Assembly (NCBI GenBank): GCA_964606385.1
Contig: CAZSFZ010000012.1
Location: forward strand, 1-63,030
Reading direction: 5' to 3'
Source: an uncultured bacterium
GTDB taxonomy: Bacteria > Omnitrophota > Omnitrophia > Omnitrophales > Aquincolibacteriaceae
Length of the DNA stretch: 63,030 nt
Each line of letters starts with the position of its first letter. Positions within the stretch are counted from its first letter, which is position 1. The position numbers and the translations under genes are program-made. Shown one piece after another: positions 59,245 through 63,030 of this stretch. Under the pieces are notes generated by a model. It saw nothing but the letters and a program-made list of their open reading frames with translations, did no database searches and was not told the DNA's origin.

Positions 59245-61195
59245 TCCCCCATTGAAACCGCAGCACACCACGAACAGCGCAAATATTCCTGAGGAATTGA
59301 AAAAGCTCTCTCAATGGGTCGGCTTCAATTTTGAGTGGGATGCAAAAAGAAAGAAGTGGAAAAAAGTTCCATATCAAACCAATGGAAGACGGGCCAGCAC
59401 AACAAATCCGACGCATTGGAGTTCCTACAAAGAAATTGAATTTTACGCATGCTCTCTTGAAGCTGCCGATGGAATCGGTTTTGTATTTACATCAAAAGAT
59501 CCTTATTGCGGGATTGATTTAGACCATTGCGTTGATCCTACAACTAAAGAAATTTCATCATGGGCACTTAAATGGATCGAGCTATTTTCATTTTCAGGCG
59601 CTTACATGGAATATTCGCCATCTGGCACGGGGATCAAAATTTTCACAAAAGCAAAACTTCCATTCCATGGCCGAAAAAACGGCGACATAGAAATATACGA
59701 TCAGGCGCGCTATTTCACGGTTACTGGGAACGTATACGGATTATGTCAAAAAGAAATCCCAAACCAGCAAGCTGCTGTGGACCAACTCCTCGATGAGGTT
59801 TTCAGTAACCAGCCTAAAACAACCACTAATAAAATCGCGCCACTGAGCGGCAATGAATTAACGAGCGAAGAACTCAACTTGCTCATCCAAAAAGCTAAAA
59901 AAGCAGAAAATGGTGAAAAATTTTTAAAACTTTTTAACGGTGATTATGAGGATTATCACAAATCACAATCGGAGGCTGATGCCTCACTGTGTACCATGTT
60001 CGCCTTTTACACGGACTGCAATGAAATGGCGATTGATCAGTTGTTTCGAGAATCACATTTATACCGTGAAAAATGGGAGCGACCTGATTATCGGACCGGG
60101 ACAATCAGAAATGCTATCGATTTCTACAAAAAATCAAGAAACAAGCTGTTCGCTGACAGCATTGTTTCGCCAGACAAATCCCACCTCGAAAATGTTGAGC
60201 CTTTACCTCTTATCCACATAGTAGATGTAGAAGAAAAGGACTTAGAATTTCTAGTCGAAGGTTTGTGGGTTCTTGACAGTGTTGGCTTTATTTCTGCTCA
60301 GCCCAAATCTGGAAAAACATGGCTTTCGTTGGAAATTGGGATTAGCGTTGCTTCAGGCACAAACGCCTTCGGCCATTTTCCATCCAAGCGAGGAAAGGTT
60401 ATCGCGTTTAACGCGGAAGATGATCCCGCACGAGGTACGCGCCAACGCATAGCCGGTCTTTGCGCATCCAAAAAGCTGGCTCTCAAAGACATCGATTTTC
60501 ATCTTATCAATGTTCCTTCACTACTAATCGACGATACGGAGACACAAAAGCGGATTGAAAAAACTGTTAGTGATCAAAAACCCGCCCTTATCATTCTCGA
60601 TCCTCTCTTTAACTTGCATTCCAAGGATGAAGACAAATCCAAAGAATTATCAGAAATATTACATTTCTTACGTCTACTAAATCGCACTTACAAGTGTTCG
60701 ATTCTGCTTGTTTGCCATGATAAAAAACCATCTGGCAACAAGAATCAATCTACGCGACGAGAATCTCAAACGCGAGGATCAAATTCTTTGGAAGGTTGGG
60801 CCGACAATCTTATTTTTGTTGATGATGAAGACAAAACTAACGCGATTTCAAGAGTATACATACGCCACCGAAACGCACCGCTGACAGAGCCTTTTTACTT
60901 CCAGCTCCTTACGGAAACCCAAGATAAGAAAATTAAAGTAGCCGCTCTCCATAAAATGGATTCACAAGGTCTATTGTTTCAAAAAGATCTTAAGCTCCAA
61001 CAAATTATTACAACTGCTATGAGCGGAAAAGGCGCCATGCGAAGAGATGACCTCCGCAGCCAATTAAAGATTAGAAAAAACGATTTCGATGTAGCTTTTA
61101 ACGCAATGATTTGCTCCGGAGAAATCATTGAACTTGTTGATGAAAAAGATAAAAGAAAAAAGCGGTATCAATACCGGAGTTCAACGGGAACTTGA
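59225..61195 (+). CDS. Primase-polymerase / RepA-type (AAA_25) helicase fusion
   Basis: KKVPY, GIGFVF, GIDLDHC, EYSPSGTGI, EIYD..RYFTVTG; SQSEAD..L, LYREKW; AQPKSGKT, IILDPL, RGSNSL. Confidence 0.88.
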   Translation: MRPFENNPPLKPQHTTNSANIPEELKKLSQWVGFNFEWDAKRKKWKKVPYQTNGRRASTTNPTHWSSYKEIEFYACSLEAADGIGFVFTSKDPYCGIDLDHCVDPTTKEISSWALKWIELFSFSGAYMEYSPSGTGIKIFTKAKLPFHGRKNGDIEIYDQARYFTVTGNVYGLCQKEIPNQQAAVDQLLDEVFSNQPKTTTNKIAPLSGNELTSEELNLLIQKAKKAENGEKFLKLFNGDYEDYHKSQSEADASLCTMFAFYTDCNEMAIDQLFRESHLYREKWERPDYRTGTIRNAIDFYKKSRNKLFADSIVSPDKSHLENVEPLPLIHIVDVEEKDLEFLVEGLWVLDSVGFISAQPKSGKTWLSLEIGISVASGTNAFGHFPSKRGKVIAFNAEDDPARGTRQRIAGLCASKKLALKDIDFHLINVPSLLIDDTETQKRIEKTVSDQKPALIILDPLFNLHSKDEDKSKELSEILHFLRLLNRTYKCSILLVCHDKKPSGNKNQSTRRESQTRGSNSLEGWADNLIFVDDEDKTNAISRVYIRHRNAPLTEPFYFQLLTETQDKKIKVAALHKMDSQGLLFQKDLKLQQIITTAMSGKGAMRRDDLRSQLKIRKNDFDVAFNAMICSGEIIELVDEKDKRKKRYQYRSSTGT

Positions 61196-61212
61196 TACCG
61201 GAAGTGCATTAT

Positions 61213-61245
61213 TTCCAGTACCCTCCCTTATAAAGGGTACTGGAA
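61213..61245. repeat. Perfect 12-bp inverted repeat downstream of the primase-helicase
   Basis: TTCCAGTACCCT-9 nt-AGGGTACTGGAA. Confidence 0.7.
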
Positions 61246-61322
61246 TACTATATAGAGGTAATCTCTTGAGAGAGGCTCTTAAAAAGCAATTGGGCTTTTG
61301 TTACGAGGAATGGGGCGCCTCT

Positions 61323-61454
61323 GTGAATTCGCAGGAATTAGACACCTCAGCCAATTCCTTATTGTCCTTTGTGTCCCTCCTCATGGAAACTGATCAAAAG
61401 AACGGATTCCAAGTCCTAAAATCATCCTTTAATCCTAAAGATCATAATGAATGA
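61323..61454 (+). CDS. Small hypothetical protein upstream of the recombinase
   Basis: GTG start; MNSQELDTSANSLLSFVSLLMETDQKNG..., the 3' part of ORF-track 61128..61454. Confidence 0.35.
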   Translation: MNSQELDTSANSLLSFVSLLMETDQKNGFQVLKSSFNPKDHNE

Positions 61455-61523
61455 CGAGCACCACTTATTTGCATAAAATAGATACTGCTAACAGAGTGAT
61501 AACAGTAAAGAAGCGGAGAAAAT

Positions 61524-63030
61524 GTGAAGGCTATCATCCTTGCCAGAGTTTCCACAGAAGAGCAAATGGTGGAAGGGCAATCCATCCCTGCCCAATTAGC
61601 CAAAGCCCGCCAATACGCTTCGCGCAAAAAACTTGATGTTAAAAGTGAGTACCAGTTTGATGAATCTTCCTTAAAAGATAAGCGCACGAAGTTCGAGCAA
61701 GTCACCGAGGAAATCCAGAAGGCTGCTGAGCCCATAGCGCTTATTGTGGAAACTATAGATCGACTGCAACGGAGCTTTAAAGAATCTGTCTCATTGGATA
61801 ATTTTCGAAAAGAAGGTCGCTTAGAAATTCATTTTATTCGCGAAAATCTTGTTATCCATAAAAGCTCCAATAGTTCCGAACTGACCCGATGGGATATCGG
61901 CGTTCTCTTTGCGCGAAATTTCGTCCTTCAAATCAGTGATAATGTTAAAAGAACCATTGAGCATAAGCTTAAGAATGGCGAGTATCCTTCGCGCGCACCT
62001 TATGGCTATTTAAACATCACCAATGAAGATGGCAAGAAATGGATAGCGCCTGATCCTTTAGCCTCCAAGATGGTAGCCAAAATTTATGAATGGTATGGCT
62101 GCGAATCATTTTCGATGGAAGATATCCGCGCGAAGTTAAAAAACGAATTTGGTCTTACTTTTAGCAAGGGTAAAATAGATTTTATTCTGAAAACGCCATT
62201 CTACTATGGTGAAATGCTCTTTGATGGGAAGTTGTATCCGCACAAGTACCAATCTATTATTTCCCGCCAAATGTGGGATAACGTGCAAAGCGTTAAGGCC
62301 GGCTTCCATAAGAAGCCATGCAAATTTGGTGGATTGCCTTATTTATACCGTGGCCTCTTAAGATGCAGCCATGATGGTCATTCTTTTACCCCGGAAAAGA
62401 AACGCAAGAAGAACGGGCGCGAATACATTTATTACCATTGCACCCAATATAGCGGGAACCACAATACGGCTTGGATCCGAGAAGAGGACATTACGCGGCA
62501 ACTTCAAGAGGTCATTTCGAATATTTCGATACCTGACGCCATTGCTGCCGAAATAAGCACTGCCTTGAAAGAATCGCATGAAGGCAAGAAAGAGTATTAC
62601 AACGAGGTTTATGAGGGCCTGCAGGCCGAATATAAGCGTTATGAGATGCGCTTAGAGAAGATATATGAGCATTTCTTGGATAACCAGATTTCGGAAGCAG
62701 AATACGCAAAGTACAGGAAACAGTACCGTACAAAGCAGGAAGATATACAGAGCAAACTAAACAATCTTCAACGCGCTGATGACAATTACTACGTTACAGC
62801 TACTTATGTTTTGAAGCTTGTCCAAAAAGCAGCTGATCTCTTTGAAAGTTCTGAACCTATTGTAAAACGGCAAATTGTGAAACTGTTACTTCAGAACTGT
62901 GAAGTAAAAGATGCAACTCTAGTCCCCACAATAAGAAGCCCCTTCCACATGTTCGTGAAAGGGGCTTCTCGTCTAGAATGGCTCCCCCGCCTGGGATCGA
63001 ACCAGGGACACTGCGGTTACGGTCTGACTT
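61524..63030 (+). CDS. Large serine recombinase (resolvase + recombinase + Zn ribbon + coiled coil); reads through att into antisense tRNA, no stop in window
   Basis: Absent from ORF track. GTG 61524 after GGAG; AIILARVSTEEQ, SIPAQ, DRLQR, APYGY, LLRCSHDG...YYHC; in frame with EWLPRLGSNQG at 62976 onward. Confidence 0.93.
   Translation, partial: MKAIILARVSTEEQMVEGQSIPAQLAKARQYASRKKLDVKSEYQFDESSLKDKRTKFEQVTEEIQKAAEPIALIVETIDRLQRSFKESVSLDNFRKEGRLEIHFIRENLVIHKSSNSSELTRWDIGVLFARNFVLQISDNVKRTIEHKLKNGEYPSRAPYGYLNITNEDGKKWIAPDPLASKMVAKIYEWYGCESFSMEDIRAKLKNEFGLTFSKGKIDFILKTPFYYGEMLFDGKLYPHKYQSIISRQMWDNVQSVKAGFHKKPCKFGGLPYLYRGLLRCSHDGHSFTPEKKRKKNGREYIYYHCTQYSGNHNTAWIREEDITRQLQEVISNISIPDAIAAEISTALKESHEGKKEYYNEVYEGLQAEYKRYEMRLEKIYEHFLDNQISEAEYAKYRKQYRTKQEDIQSKLNNLQRADDNYYVTATYVLKLVQKAADLFESSEPIVKRQIVKLLLQNCEVKDATLVPTIRSPFHMFVKGASRLEWLPRLGSNQGHCGYGLT
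62977..62988. repeat. att core, right junction
   Basis: AATGGCTCCCCC. Confidence 0.88.
62979..63019 (-). tRNA. trnN: 3' part (positions 36-76) of tRNA-Asn(GUU), interrupted at 35/36
   Basis: TAA-CCGCA-GTGTC-CCTGG-TTCGATC-CCAGG-CGGGGGA-G-CCA, exactly 41 nt; T arm perfect; G73 and acceptor end are Asn-like. The anticodon's first two bases are not visible, so identity is inferred. Confidence 0.75.

Larger units (their letters stand above)
50604..62988. mobile_element. ~12.4 kb integrative element (phage-satellite/PICI-like) inserted at the tRNA-Asn 3' end by a large serine recombinase
   Basis: 12-bp direct repeat AATGGCTCCCCC at 50604-50615 and 62977-62988; visibly lower GC; primase-helicase, LSR, XRE, SpoVG-like and DUF5681 genes; no capsid or tail genes. 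Confidence 0.9.

Noticed and set aside
61451-61636. 61-aa ORF overlapping the recombinase start
   Set aside because: Mostly overlaps the LSR in another frame; no recognisable features.
50604-62988. Complete prophage or conjugative element
   Set aside because: No capsid, portal, tail, large terminase, relaxase or T4SS genes between the att sites.

Overview
About 50 kb of GC-rich host chromosome followed by a ~12.4 kb AT-richer integrated element. The host is a free-living bacterium; a PVC/Omnitrophota-like affiliation is only a weak inference from the groEL-groES-groEL order and the repeat style. The host part encodes a partial >1800-aa filamentous-haemagglutinin-like exoprotein, glgA, a CsoR-led metal cluster, tsaB-alr-birA-coaX, a CIRCE-controlled groEL-groES-groEL operon, several two-component genes, two Hsp20s, an ion-transport cluster and hflKC behind a probable Na+/Li+ riboswitch. 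The metal cluster includes a RAPP-motif leader protein and an unannotated 49-aa secreted metallothionein-like peptide. Many palindromic and heptamer repeat elements are present, some inserted in frame in genes. The element (50604-62988) is bounded by a 12-bp direct repeat AATGGCTCCCCC, the antisense of a tRNA-Asn 3' end. It carries a large serine recombinase, primase-helicase, SpoVG-like, DUF5681 and XRE genes. Most notable: (1) a translationally coupled DUF4338(DruA-like)-NurA-HerA operon, a candidate undescribed defence system, next to a HEPN-like gene; (2) the att site lies inside the recombinase 3' end, so excision would give it a different C-terminus ending in an ssrA-like -LAA; (3) the target tRNA-Asn appears interrupted at position 35/36, as expected for a group I intron. 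All family calls are from motif recognition by eye; no searches were run.
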